Of a DNA stretch of 64,000 nucleotides, positions 48,957 to 58,729 are shown in pieces. The notes under the pieces are model-generated. The model saw nothing but the letters and a program-made list of their open reading frames with translations. It did no database searches and was not told the DNA's origin. Both the position numbers and the translations under genes were made by a program. The stretch is from NCBI GenBank assembly GCA_020847715.1, contig JADLBM010000021.1, forward strand, positions 800 to 64,799, in the 5' to 3' direction. Each line of letters begins with the position of its first letter. Positions within the stretch are counted from its first letter, which is position 1. The stretch is from Candidatus Yanofskybacteria bacterium (GTDB lineage: Bacteria > Patescibacteriota > Minisyncoccia > 2-02-FULL-40-12 > GWA2-44-9).

Positions 48957-50675
48957 ATGGCACCAGCGAAGGGAACTCGCATTCTTGTTATCGAAGATAA
49001 CGCCTTGATGGCGCAACTGCTCGCCGAAAAGATTGCAAATCTCGGGCTCACGCCGGTCCACGCCGACACAGGAGAATCGGGACTGACCGCACTCGCCGCA
49101 GAACCGACGGCACTGGTCGTTATTGATTTCCCGCTCGCCGGAACGCCTGACGGGTTCGCCACGATCGAGCGCATCCGCGCCGACCACCCCGCCGGCGACC
49201 TCCCCATCCTCGCACTCTTCAGCGCCGAAGATACCGATGGGATGCAAAAGGCGACGGAGCTCGGAGCGACGGAACACCTCATCAAAACCGAAACGAATGC
49301 CGATGGCATCGCCACGCGCATCGCAGAATTGGCGATGGGTAAGACGCCCGCGCGAAAGGCCGCCGAAACCGAACCCGTAAAAGAAACAACAAAGAAAAAG
49401 GAGGAGGAACAAAAGCCACAACCCGACGAAGCTGGATTCGTTGCTCGCGCCAAAAAGCTCAAAGACGAAGTGGAACGACTCCTGAAACTTCCGGAAGCTG
49501 ATGTGTCTATCATTCAGATCGTCGATGACATGATGAGCTATGCGTATATGGCCCGCACCTCGGACATCCACCTGGAGCCGTACGAGGATCGCCTCGTTGC
49601 TCGCATGCGTATCGACGGCATCCTGAACGACATCTTCGTATTCCCCAAAAGTCTCCACTCCGGCATTGTCACCCGCATCAAAGTGCTTGGCGGCATGCGT
49701 ACCGATGAGCATCAAGCGGCGCAGGATGGCCGGTTCCGGATGAGCATCGCCGATCCGGAGAAGCAATTCGATGTGCGCGTCAGTATCGTTCCTACCTACT
49801 ACGGTGAGAATGCCGTGCTCCGTCTTCTCGCAGAGCAAACCACCATTGATTCGCTCGACGACCTCGCGCTTACCGATGTGGACCGGAAAAAGATACGCCG
49901 CGCCGTTCAGACGCCCTACGGCATGATCCTTGCAACTGGCCCAACCGGTTCTGGAAAGACGACCACGCTCTACACCATCCTAAAGGAGCTCAACACCCGC
50001 GAAATTCAAATCATCACCCTAGAGGACCCGATCGAGTACTCCCTCGAAGGCGTCGACCAGATCCAAGTGAACACTCGGACCGGCCTCACATTTGCTACCG
50101 GCCTCCGCTCCATCCTCCGGCAAGACCCGAATGTCATTATGGTCGGGGAGATTCGCGATGAAGAGACCGCCTCCATCGCCGTCAACGCGGCACTGACCGG
50201 CCACAAACTCTTGGCAACGCTCCACACGAACGATGCCGCCACGACGCTTCCCCGCCTCTTGGATATGGGCGTCGAGCCATTCCTTGTCGCCTCTACGGTG
50301 AATGTCGCCATGGGACAGCGGCTCCTCCGTATGATCTGCCAGCACTGCAAGGTCGCTCGCCGCATCACCGAAGGCGAGTTCAATGCACTCAAAGAAAACA
50401 TCCCCGCGGAGCTTCTCGATGACCACCATGACTTCTTCCAGGGCAAAGGGTGCGACGTGTGCCACCACTCCGGTTATCACGGGCGCATGGGCATCTATGA
50501 GATTCTTGAAATGAACGACTTCATCCGAGAAGCGGTCATGCGCCACGCGGATGCAGGCGAGATTAAGAAGATCGCCATCAAGAGTGGCATGACCACGCTC
50601 CTTGAAGACGGATTCCGCAAGGCGGTCGCTGGCCTCACCACTATCGAAGAAATCCTTCGCGTTATTCATGAGTAA
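48957..50675 (+). CDS. pilB: type IV pilus assembly ATPase PilB/GspE with N-terminal response-regulator receiver (REC) domain
   Basis: RILVIEDNALMAQLL...VVIDFPL receiver; GPTGSGKTTTLY Walker A; tetracysteine CQHC...CDVCHH. Confidence 0.88.
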   Translation: MAPAKGTRILVIEDNALMAQLLAEKIANLGLTPVHADTGESGLTALAAEPTALVVIDFPLAGTPDGFATIERIRADHPAGDLPILALFSAEDTDGMQKATELGATEHLIKTETNADGIATRIAELAMGKTPARKAAETEPVKETTKKKEEEQKPQPDEAGFVARAKKLKDEVERLLKLPEADVSIIQIVDDMMSYAYMARTSDIHLEPYEDRLVARMRIDGILNDIFVFPKSLHSGIVTRIKVLGGMRTDEHQAAQDGRFRMSIADPEKQFDVRVSIVPTYYGENAVLRLLAEQTTIDSLDDLALTDVDRKKIRRAVQTPYGMILATGPTGSGKTTTLYTILKELNTREIQIITLEDPIEYSLEGVDQIQVNTRTGLTFATGLRSILRQDPNVIMVGEIRDEETASIAVNAALTGHKLLATLHTNDAATTLPRLLDMGVEPFLVASTVNVAMGQRLLRMICQHCKVARRITEGEFNALKENIPAELLDDHHDFFQGKGCDVCHHSGYHGRMGIYEILEMNDFIREAVMRHADAGEIKKIAIKSGMTTLLEDGFRKAVAGLTTIEEILRVIHE

Positions 50676-51744
50676 GCTCTCCGACCTCAACAACATATTC
50701 TTCCGGCTCTCGCTAAAAGATAAAATGCTGTTCGCGCGCCATATGGACATGATGACGCGATCCGGCATGCAAATCCTTGAAGCGCTCGAAATCCTCAAGC
50801 GGCAGACGAAGAGCAAGCCATTCATCCGCGTCCTCGACGGCCTCATTGCCGATGTCCGCAACGGACAATATCTCTCGGTCGGCATGGAGCACTACCGCTC
50901 CATCTTCGGCGAGTTCTTCATCAACCTCGTCCGCGTCGGCGAAACATCTGGCACTCTTTCGGAGAACTTCCGCTACCTCGCCGCCGAACTTGGGAAAAAG
51001 GGTGAGCTCCAGAAAAAGATCCGCGGAGCGATGGCGTACCCCATTATTATTCTCTTCGCGACGCTCGGCATCACCGGCATCCTCTCGTTCGTCATCTTTC
51101 CAAAAATTTTGCCCGTTCTGAAAAGTCTCAACACCGAGCTCCCGTGGACCACCCGAACATTCATCGCTACTTCGGAGTTCCTCTCCACCTACGGCGGACT
51201 CGTGTTCGGCGGAGCTGTTCTCCTCGCTATTTCGTTCTGGCTCCTGCTTCGCATCGAATCGTTCCGCAGGGCGTGGCACCGCTTCCTCCTCGCGCTCCCG
51301 CTCATCGGCCGCCTTACGACCGAAGTGAACATCGTGAACATGGCGCGGACATTGAATTTGCTTCTCCGAGGCGGCGTGAAGATCGTGCAGGCACTCGAGA
51401 TCACGGCCGATACGCTCGGCAGCCTCGTGTATCGCGATGAGGTTCGCGCAATCGCGGAAGCGGTCAAGCGTGGCGAGCCGATGAGTAAGACCATGATCGA
51501 CCACCCGCGCCTGTTCCCGCCCACGTTCTCACAAATGTCGATGGTCGGAGAGAACACCGGAAAGCTCGATGAGACGCTGGTCTTCCTCGCGGATTTCTAC
51601 GAAGGAGAGCTCGACAGCTCGACGAAGAGCCTGAGCAACGTCCTCGAACCACTCCTGCTGCTGGTCATGGGAGGCGTAGTCGCGTTTGTTGCGCTGTCCA
51701 TCATGACTCCTATCTATAAGATTACCCAAACGCTCGGCCGATGA
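50668..51744 (+). CDS. pilC: type IV pilus inner-membrane platform protein PilC/GspF
   Basis: two T2SSF repeats; ATG overlaps pilB stop (ATGAGTAA). Confidence 0.85.
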   Translation: MSKLSDLNNIFFRLSLKDKMLFARHMDMMTRSGMQILEALEILKRQTKSKPFIRVLDGLIADVRNGQYLSVGMEHYRSIFGEFFINLVRVGETSGTLSENFRYLAAELGKKGELQKKIRGAMAYPIIILFATLGITGILSFVIFPKILPVLKSLNTELPWTTRTFIATSEFLSTYGGLVFGGAVLLAISFWLLLRIESFRRAWHRFLLALPLIGRLTTEVNIVNMARTLNLLLRGGVKIVQALEITADTLGSLVYRDEVRAIAEAVKRGEPMSKTMIDHPRLFPPTFSQMSMVGENTGKLDETLVFLADFYEGELDSSTKSLSNVLEPLLLLVMGGVVAFVALSIMTPIYKITQTLGR

Positions 51745-53507
51745 CACGCCCGGTCCGCCACGCTTCTGCCGCCGGATTTACCGTCGTCGAGACGCTGATT
51801 GGCCTCGCCATACTCGCCATCGTGAGCACCGGCGTGTATTTCTCGTATGCGAATGTCCTCGAAATTGTCCAAGCGGCGCACTACAACAGCGCTGCGCTCT
51901 CGATTATCGAATCCCATGTGGAGATGGCGCGGAACATGCGGTACGAGGACATCGGCGTCCAAGGAGGCGTCCCGCAGGGAAAGCTGCAGCAGGTAGCAAC
52001 CGTCACCGTTGGCGGTATTCCTTTTGAGCTCCACACCTATGTTCGCAACATCGATGACCCGTTCGATGGAACCCTCGGAGGCTCTCCGAACGACACAGCT
52101 CCCGCCGATTACAAGATCGTGCAGTTTCAGGTGACCTGTGAGGCCTGCTCCCGATACAAGATCATCTCGATGGCGACCTACATCGCCCCAAAAAATCTCG
52201 AAAGCGCGAGCAAGAACGGCAACCTATTCATCCGCGTCTTTGATGCCGCCGGAGCTCCGGTCCCCGGAGCAACCGTCCACGTCACGAATGCATCGGTCGT
52301 GCCCGCAGTCGACCTGACCGATACGACGAACAACGATGGACTCCTCCAGCTCGTTGATATCGCCACGAGCTCGGTCGGATACCACATCACGGCACAGAAA
52401 ACCGGATACAGTAGCGACCAGACGTATCCTCCCGGCTCGCCGCCGAACCCGCTCCAGCCCGATGCGACGGTCGCCACCCAGCAACTGACCATCGCAAGCC
52501 TCGCCATCGATCGCCTCAGTACGCTGAGTGTACGGGCGCGCGATCAGGTCTGCACGCCCGCCGAAGGGTTCTCCTTCCTCATGACCGGCAATAAACTCAT
52601 CGGCACAAGTCCTGACACGCCGCGATATTCGGCAACTCACACAACATCCGCATCAGGTACAGCATCGCTGGGTGATATCGGATGGGACACCTACACGCTC
52701 CGGCCGACGGATGCTACTCGCGATATCGCAGGCGCCACCGCCTCCCTCTCTCTCGCTATTGATCCCGCAACAGCACACGCGATGACATGGCTCGTCGCGT
52801 CACGCTCCGGCGATGCGCTCCTCGTGTCGGTCACCGACAACGCCGGAAACCCGCTCAACGATGCGGTGGTGCGGGTCACGGGCACTGCATACGACCAAAC
52901 ACGAACAACGGGACGAGGATCGCTCACCCAAACACACTGGACTCCCGGCTCATATACATTCGCAAGCGACTTCCTTGATGTTTCGAATCCGGAGCAGCTC
53001 ACCCTCCTCGCAGCGAACGGCTCATACGCGAGCGCGAGTCTTGAGTGGCTCGAGTCGGGCACTATTGATCTCGGCACATCGAGCGTCACCTTCCAGGATC
53101 TCCAATGGAACCCGGGAACTCAGCCGGCCCAGACGGGAGCGGACAGCTTGAAATTCCAAGTCGCCGCAAACAACGACAACGCCACATGGACATGGGTCGG
53201 CCCTGACGGCTCCCCAACAACATTCTTCACAACATCAGGACAAGCAATCCCTGCGTTCCTCGCTTCGAACCAATATTTCCGCTACCGCGCATACTTGAGC
53301 ACCGCAAACGATCAGGTAACCCCAACTCTTGAGGATATCTCGCTCGGATTCTCGTCGGGATGCGTCCCATCAGGACAGGCGTACTTCAATGGCATGGGTG
53401 TGGGAGCCTTCACCGTCGAGATTACCCGCTCCGGATATCAGCCGCTTACAACAACGCTCTCCGTTGATGGTGCATGGACCCGTACCGTCCTATCGCTCTC
53501 TCCATGA
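51741..53507 (+). CDS. large pseudopilin / minor pilin with prepilin N-terminus and carboxypeptidase-regulatory-like beta-sandwich domains
   Basis: AAGFTVVETLIGLAILAIV class III signal; VHVTNASV / VRVTGTAY CarbopepD_reg-like repeats. Confidence 0.7.
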   Translation: MTRPVRHASAAGFTVVETLIGLAILAIVSTGVYFSYANVLEIVQAAHYNSAALSIIESHVEMARNMRYEDIGVQGGVPQGKLQQVATVTVGGIPFELHTYVRNIDDPFDGTLGGSPNDTAPADYKIVQFQVTCEACSRYKIISMATYIAPKNLESASKNGNLFIRVFDAAGAPVPGATVHVTNASVVPAVDLTDTTNNDGLLQLVDIATSSVGYHITAQKTGYSSDQTYPPGSPPNPLQPDATVATQQLTIASLAIDRLSTLSVRARDQVCTPAEGFSFLMTGNKLIGTSPDTPRYSATHTTSASGTASLGDIGWDTYTLRPTDATRDIAGATASLSLAIDPATAHAMTWLVASRSGDALLVSVTDNAGNPLNDAVVRVTGTAYDQTRTTGRGSLTQTHWTPGSYTFASDFLDVSNPEQLTLLAANGSYASASLEWLESGTIDLGTSSVTFQDLQWNPGTQPAQTGADSLKFQVAANNDNATWTWVGPDGSPTTFFTTSGQAIPAFLASNQYFRYRAYLSTANDQVTPTLEDISLGFSSGCVPSGQAYFNGMGVGAFTVEITRSGYQPLTTTLSVDGAWTRTVLSLSP

Positions 53508-54100
53508 AACAGAGCGGCTTCACATTAATCGAGCTCCTCGTCGGCATCGCGCTCATGACACTCGCGCTCGGATTCGTGACGCTTTTCGCGATGGACATTT
53601 CCGACTTCGGATCGGATCTCAATACCCGCCTGGAAACCGAACGGGAACTTGATCTCACACTGCGCACCATGATTTCAGAAATACGCTCCATGGGACCCGG
53701 CGAGAACGGAGCGTACCCGATTGCTATCGCATCTGCGAGCGCATTCACATTCTTCAGTGATATCGACGGCGACAACTCCTTCGAGCAGGTGCGCTACTTC
53801 CTCGACGGCACCACACTCAAGAAGGGGGTGACCGAACCGACGGGAACCGAGCCTGTACAGTACCCCCCTGCAAACGAGGTCGTGAGCGAGGCTGTCCATT
53901 GGCTCGTCCCGGGACCAATCTTCACCTACTATCCCGCGGGACTTCCATCCGAGACGGGACCGCTCGCCGCTCCTGTCGATGTGTCGGCAATCCGTCTTCT
54001 TGTCATTAGCGGCACCACAGATCAGGACGCCAGCCAGCCACCGCTCCCATCCACGCTTTCAATCACCGTGACCATCCGCAATCTGAGAGGCGACATATGA
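53504..54100 (+). CDS. pseudopilin (GspJ/PilW-like minor pilin)
   Basis: MKQSGFTLIELLVGIALMTLALG; start overlaps previous stop by 4 nt. Confidence 0.7.
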   Translation: MKQSGFTLIELLVGIALMTLALGFVTLFAMDISDFGSDLNTRLETERELDLTLRTMISEIRSMGPGENGAYPIAIASASAFTFFSDIDGDNSFEQVRYFLDGTTLKKGVTEPTGTEPVQYPPANEVVSEAVHWLVPGPIFTYYPAGLPSETGPLAAPVDVSAIRLLVISGTTDQDASQPPLPSTLSITVTIRNLRGDI

Positions 54101-55545
54101 CACAGCCCCACCACACCACCCGCGAATCCGGCCAGCTCTCGATGTATGTGCTGGTGTTCAGTGCGGTATCGCTCATCATGCTCTCAGCGTTCGTGCTCTG
54201 GGCAGACGCGAACATCAAAGCGGTCTTTCGCGATACCGACCGCGCCCAAGCGTTCATGTCCGCTGAAGCGGGCATCGAATACTATCGGTGGCACCTCGCC
54301 CACGCGAAAACCGACTACAAAGACGGCACGGGACAGCCCGGCCCCTACATTCACACGTTTGCTGATAAGGACGGAAACGAGGTCGGCTCATTCTCCCTCG
54401 AGATCGCCGCACCTCCGGTCGGCTCGACCGTCGTCGGCATCACCTCAACAGGAACGGTTGCAGCGAACTCGACCATCAGCAAGATCATCGAGGCAAAGAT
54501 GGCCATTCCTTCATTCGCAAAGTACTCCGCAGTAATCGGGGACTATGTGCGTTTCGGTGCGGGGACCGAGATCTACGGCCCCATCCACTCCAACCTCGGC
54601 GTCCGCGTTGACGGAGTCGCGCATAACCTCGTCACAAGTAGCGTCGCGAAGTTCAACGATCCAGACCACTCGGGCGGCGATGAGTTTGGTGTCCACACGC
54701 ACACCGCCCCCGTCGACCCCTACCCGCCATCACCCGTTCCCATCCGTTCGGATGTGTTCATGGCAGGTCGGCAGTTCCCCGTGGCCCCCATCGACTTCGT
54801 CGGACTCACTCAAGATCTTGCGAACATCAAAACCGATGCGCAGTCTGCTGGATTCTACCGCGCGTCATCAGGAGCCAGCGGCTACCACGTCGTCCTCAAA
54901 ACGAACGATACCTTCGACCTCTACAAGGTGACGAAGGTTCTTCGGGCGCCCAATGGATGCGTGAGCGTCCTTGGGCAGAAAGATTGGGGAACGTGGACCG
55001 TCGAGACGCAGACTCTTCTGGGAAACTATGCATTCCCATCGAACGGCCTCCTGTTCTTCGAAGATTCCGTCTGGGTTGATGGGACCATCAACACTGCGCG
55101 CCTCTCCATCGCTGCCGGTATTTTCCCTGAGAACTCGGCTCACTATGCGCACATCACGGTCAACAACGACCTCCGGTACACCAACTACGATGGGCAGGAC
55201 ATTCTCAGTCTCATCGCACAAGGGAACGTGTCGGCCGGCCTCCAGAGTGAAACCGATCTGCGCATCGACGCCGCACTCGTCGCTCAGAACGGGCGCATCG
55301 GGAGATACTACTACCAGGGCCCGTCCGGAAACCAGAATCGTTGCGGCCCGTACCATGTCCGGCAGACGATTACCCTCTACGGCATGATGGCATCCCGTGA
55401 ACGGTACGGCTTTGCATACACCGATGGCACCGGATACCAGAATCGCATTATCATCTACGACGCAAATTTGCTCTATGGACCTCCCCCGAGTTTCCCGCTC
55501 ACCGCGGACTACTACACCCCCATCTATTGGAACGAGAAGAAATAG
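54097..55545 (+). CDS. PilX-N-like pilus assembly/minor pilin protein
   Basis: hydrophobic N-terminus MYVLVFSAVSLIMLSAFVLWADA; 4-nt overlap with upstream gene. Confidence 0.55.
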   Translation: MTQPHHTTRESGQLSMYVLVFSAVSLIMLSAFVLWADANIKAVFRDTDRAQAFMSAEAGIEYYRWHLAHAKTDYKDGTGQPGPYIHTFADKDGNEVGSFSLEIAAPPVGSTVVGITSTGTVAANSTISKIIEAKMAIPSFAKYSAVIGDYVRFGAGTEIYGPIHSNLGVRVDGVAHNLVTSSVAKFNDPDHSGGDEFGVHTHTAPVDPYPPSPVPIRSDVFMAGRQFPVAPIDFVGLTQDLANIKTDAQSAGFYRASSGASGYHVVLKTNDTFDLYKVTKVLRAPNGCVSVLGQKDWGTWTVETQTLLGNYAFPSNGLLFFEDSVWVDGTINTARLSIAAGIFPENSAHYAHITVNNDLRYTNYDGQDILSLIAQGNVSAGLQSETDLRIDAALVAQNGRIGRYYYQGPSGNQNRCGPYHVRQTITLYGMMASRERYGFAYTDGTGYQNRIIIYDANLLYGPPPSFPLTADYYTPIYWNEKK

Positions 55546-55673
55546 CTGCAGTGTGGATAAGCAACGGCCCGATACGCGGTATACTAGAGGGGAACGGTCG
55601 ATAGCTGGGACGCTCCATGCATGGCGTCGCAGCAACAACAGTATTTAACTCTTCGTATTAACTCATACTACTT

Positions 55674-56153
55674 ATGCCCGTGAAACTTACGCCCGTGAAA
55701 CTTACGCCCGCGAAGAAATACCAGAAGGGTTTCACCCTTATCGAAATCCTCGTTGTTATCGGTATCATCGCCATCTTGGCGGCGGTCGTCATCGTTGCGT
55801 TGAACCCGGCTCGTCAGTTCGCTCAAGCCCGCAACACGCAGCGCTGGAGCAATGTGAACACGCTCCTGAACGCAGTCGGTCAGCGCATGGCAGACAACCG
55901 CGGTCTCTGGACCAGCGGCAGCGGATGCCCGTCCTCCATTCCGTCTTCGTTCACCGTTGTCGGCTCCGGCTCCGGAAACACGAACCTCGGCGGATGCTTG
56001 GTGCCGGACTACGTCTCGACCATGGTCACCGACCCGACAGCAGGCGCTTCTGTCGCCTCGACCGGATATGAGATCATGCGCGCCGCGAATGGCCGCATCA
56101 CCGTTCAGGCCCCGTATGCAGAGCTTGGAGAGACCATCTCGGTCACTCGCTAA
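55674..56153 (+). CDS. pilA: type IV major pilin (PilA-like) with unusually long repeat-containing leader
   Basis: KGFTLIEILVVIGIIAILAAVVIVAL; leader MPVKLTPVKLTPAKKYQ from tandem 15-nt repeat cccgtgaaacttacg x2. Confidence 0.8.
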   Translation: MPVKLTPVKLTPAKKYQKGFTLIEILVVIGIIAILAAVVIVALNPARQFAQARNTQRWSNVNTLLNAVGQRMADNRGLWTSGSGCPSSIPSSFTVVGSGSGNTNLGGCLVPDYVSTMVTDPTAGASVASTGYEIMRAANGRITVQAPYAELGETISVTR

Positions 56154-56166
56154 GACGCATTCCCAT

Positions 56167-56196
56167 ACAACACGCGCCCCGATGGGGCGCGTGTTG
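56167..56196 (+). terminator. terminator ACAACACGCGCCCC-GATG-GGGCGCGTGTTGT after pilin
   Basis: 13-bp stem. Confidence 0.7.
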
Positions 56197-56199
56197 TAT

Positions 56200-56214
56200 C
56201 GTGGTATACTAGTG
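56200..56214 (+). promoter_or_regulatory. TGGTATACT -10-like motif preceding surface protein gene (also at 55579..55590 before pilA)
   Basis: same motif family as TGTGGTATAC seen upstream of many genes in this window. Confidence 0.4.
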
Positions 56215-56217
56215 GCA

Positions 56218-57888
56218 ATGAAATGGCTTCTCGTGTCCATCTTCGCCGTCTTTGGATGGGTCAGTGTAGCAACTGCCGCGCCATACACGGAGTTCGCTCC
56301 CGACTATGCGCAGAGCCTCATGCTCGCCTCATCGGAAACGGCATCTGAGATATTTCTGCCCCTGAATGAATACCTCAGCGGGCTTGATGTTTGGCTGAGC
56401 AACACGAATACGGCGGGCCCCGCAACATTCTCACTCTACAACCCCGCCGGTGCGCTCGTCGCTGAGCGCACCCTCACGGTCCCCGCCCTCGCCGATGGCG
56501 ATACGGGGACCCGAATCCATGTCGCGCTCCCTGCGCAAATCGCGGTTCACGGAAATGAAGCGTACCGGATGCGCATCACCAGCACCGTTCCCACGATGCA
56601 GCTGTACTACGCAACCGCACAAAAACTCTTGGCGCATAACGGCACGCCGCTCCCCGCCTACACAAACGGCATCGCGCGCCTTGGCGACGAGGATACCGCC
56701 TTTAGCTTCCTCTACGCCCTCTACGAAAGCTCCGAAACGACTCCGCCACAGATCGCCAACGTCACCATTACACAAACGAGCCCAACACAAGTCGTCATCA
56801 GCTTCACATCAAACGAGCCGGTCGACCGTCGCGTCCAGTATGGTTCGTCTACCCTCGACTGGACGGGACAATACGCCTCGTGCCTCACCGGCGTGCAGAC
56901 CTGTACCGCAACGCTACCGGTAATCCCTGGAACGACGTACCCGTATACACTCACGGCACGGGACACTTGGGGGAATGCATCATCGACTACAGGAACCTTC
57001 ACCGTTCCCAGCACAGAGTCGTCGCCAAGCCCAACAGCGAGCGCCGTACCCGCAAGCTCTCCGCCTCCAGCGCCCAGCCCAACACCAAGTCCAACGCCTG
57101 ATACTACGGCTCCAATCATCACGAATGCCCGCACCGTTACCATCACCCCCACCAGTGCCACATTTGCATGGACAACCAATGAGATCGCGAACAGCACCGT
57201 CGTCGCACAGCTCACCCCCATCCTCATCACCATTGGCGGTAATAGCGACGCGACGCTTGAGCTGGAGCACTACATCACAGTCGGAAACCTCACGCCGGAC
57301 ACATACTTCCGCGCGACGATTACCTCGACCGACGGATCGGGGAACAGGGGTAGAACAACGGTAGACTTCCTTACGCCAAAGGAAACCACTGCAACCCCCG
57401 CGCCATCCCAGCCGTCCCCGACAGTAACAACCGTGCCCACTTCTTCACCGGCAACGGTCAGCACCACGAACACGGGAGGCTCGCCGAGTGTGAGTTGGCC
57501 GTCAGCGCCATCGGGTCAGACAACGACCGGATACCGCATCGATGTCTTCGACGCAGGCGGTACCCTCGTGAAAAGCGCAACTGTATCGCCTGAGCAGTAC
57601 CGTCTCACGCTCGACGGCCTCGCGGATGGCGAGTACCGCGTCGTCGTCTACGCAAACCATGACGGCGCATATGAAAAGGTCGCTCCGCCCGCAGCGGTCC
57701 GTGTGCGCACCCCATCGCTCCTTGAGCAAAGCGTCTCGGCGGCTCCGTACGTATTGGGCGGCATTGCGCTCATCCTCGCCGTGAGCATCGGCATTCTGAA
57801 ACTTAAGAAGCCAACAACAGCTACCGCTCCCCCCGAGCAGCCTCCGAGACAATCGGGAGCCCAGACGAACCCGACGACATTCGGATAA
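56218..57888 (+). CDS. cell-surface protein: signal peptide, two FN3/PAP-N-like domains, Pro/Ser/Thr linkers, C-terminal TM anchor
   Basis: MKWLLVSIFAVFGWVSVATAAP signal; PQIANVTITQTSPTQVVISFTSNEPVDRRVQYG and PIITNARTVTITPTSATFAWTTNE; C-terminal LGGIALILAVSIGILKLKK. Confidence 0.7.
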   Translation: MKWLLVSIFAVFGWVSVATAAPYTEFAPDYAQSLMLASSETASEIFLPLNEYLSGLDVWLSNTNTAGPATFSLYNPAGALVAERTLTVPALADGDTGTRIHVALPAQIAVHGNEAYRMRITSTVPTMQLYYATAQKLLAHNGTPLPAYTNGIARLGDEDTAFSFLYALYESSETTPPQIANVTITQTSPTQVVISFTSNEPVDRRVQYGSSTLDWTGQYASCLTGVQTCTATLPVIPGTTYPYTLTARDTWGNASSTTGTFTVPSTESSPSPTASAVPASSPPPAPSPTPSPTPDTTAPIITNARTVTITPTSATFAWTTNEIANSTVVAQLTPILITIGGNSDATLELEHYITVGNLTPDTYFRATITSTDGSGNRGRTTVDFLTPKETTATPAPSQPSPTVTTVPTSSPATVSTTNTGGSPSVSWPSAPSGQTTTGYRIDVFDAGGTLVKSATVSPEQYRLTLDGLADGEYRVVVYANHDGAYEKVAPPAAVRVRTPSLLEQSVSAAPYVLGGIALILAVSIGILKLKKPTTATAPPEQPPRQSGAQTNPTTFG

Positions 57889-58411
57889 CGATAAAGCGCC
57901 GCTTGAAGGCGGCGAGGAATGGTTCGAGCGCAATCAGCCGCCGCCCTTCGCGCTCGTCCATTTGCTCAGGATCATTGAACGCGACGAGGCCCTCGAAGAA
58001 TCCCGTTACGACGATGATGTGCCCTCCGCCACGATGAGGATCGAGTCCCGCGTACACGCTCGCGAGAACGGGACCATGCGCAAGCTCGCTGCACAGTGCG
58101 CCCCACGCCTCAGGCGCAGTCTTAGGCGATGGCCCCTTCTCCGCATGATCGACGTTACACCCCTCGTACCCGTACGCGCGCGCAAGATTCACAAGCCCCC
58201 GATGCGACCATCCAACACCCTGCACGTACGCGCCGATGGCACGCCCGCGCTCTAGGAGTTCATCAACCGCTGCGGTTCGCGACCGCGTATCGCGAAGATG
58301 CCAAAAGTCCATCACCATCTTCAAAGCAGTAATGCCGCACCCGCGAGCCCGCCATTCATGGTCGCCGAGGTCCGTATACTGCGATGAGAAGGGAACGTCG
58401 TGTGAGACCAT
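57821..58411 (-). CDS. peptidase C39-like (papain-fold) domain protein
   Basis: GCGITALKMV catalytic-Cys-like and GHIIVVTGF His motif; 3' end overlaps convergent gene by about 68 nt (boundary uncertain). Confidence 0.5.
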   Translation of the reverse strand: MVSHDVPFSSQYTDLGDHEWRARGCGITALKMVMDFWHLRDTRSRTAAVDELLERGRAIGAYVQGVGWSHRGLVNLARAYGYEGCNVDHAEKGPSPKTAPEAWGALCSELAHGPVLASVYAGLDPHRGGGHIIVVTGFFEGLVAFNDPEQMDEREGRRLIALEPFLAAFKRRFIVIRMSSGSSGLPIVSEAARGER

Positions 58412-58444
58412 AGTCTACGATACCTCGACAGATGTGGACCCAAC

Positions 58445-58518
58445 CGGATTCGAACCGGTGACCTCCTCATTGCAAATGAGGCGCTCTAGCCAGCTGAGCT
58501 ATGGGCCCAAAAACCAGA
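58445..58518 (-). tRNA. tRNA-Ala (anticodon TGC)
   Basis: GGGCCCA acceptor with G3:U70, loop TTTGCAA, T-arm ACCGG-TTCGAAT-CCGGT. Confidence 0.85.
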
Positions 58519-58573
58519 GTCTACCAGAAAAAGTTGCAGAATACCAGCTTTTGGGTTATGATTTCCCAGCTGC

Positions 58574-58645
58574 GGGCGACTAGTTCAGTGGTAGAACGCT
58601 GTCCTGATAAGACAGAGGTCGAAGGTTCGATTCCTTCGTCGCCCA
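58574..58645 (+). tRNA. tRNA-Ile (anticodon GAT)
   Basis: GGGCGAC acceptor, D-loop AGTGGTA, loop CTGATAA, T-arm GAAGG-TTCGATT-CCTTC. Confidence 0.85.
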
Positions 58646-58729
58646 CCCCAACGGAAACCGGCCAATGGCCGGTTTCCTGCAAAAAACCTTGCCAAAAACA
58701 CAACGGTATGGTAGGATTTCTGTACTGCT

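Noticed and set aside
48894-49838. N-terminal 310 aa of the listed 453-aa minus-strand ORF 48477..49838
   Set aside because: Antisense to pilB. Only the C-terminal 138-aa DUF1761-like membrane protein (48477..48893) is retained.
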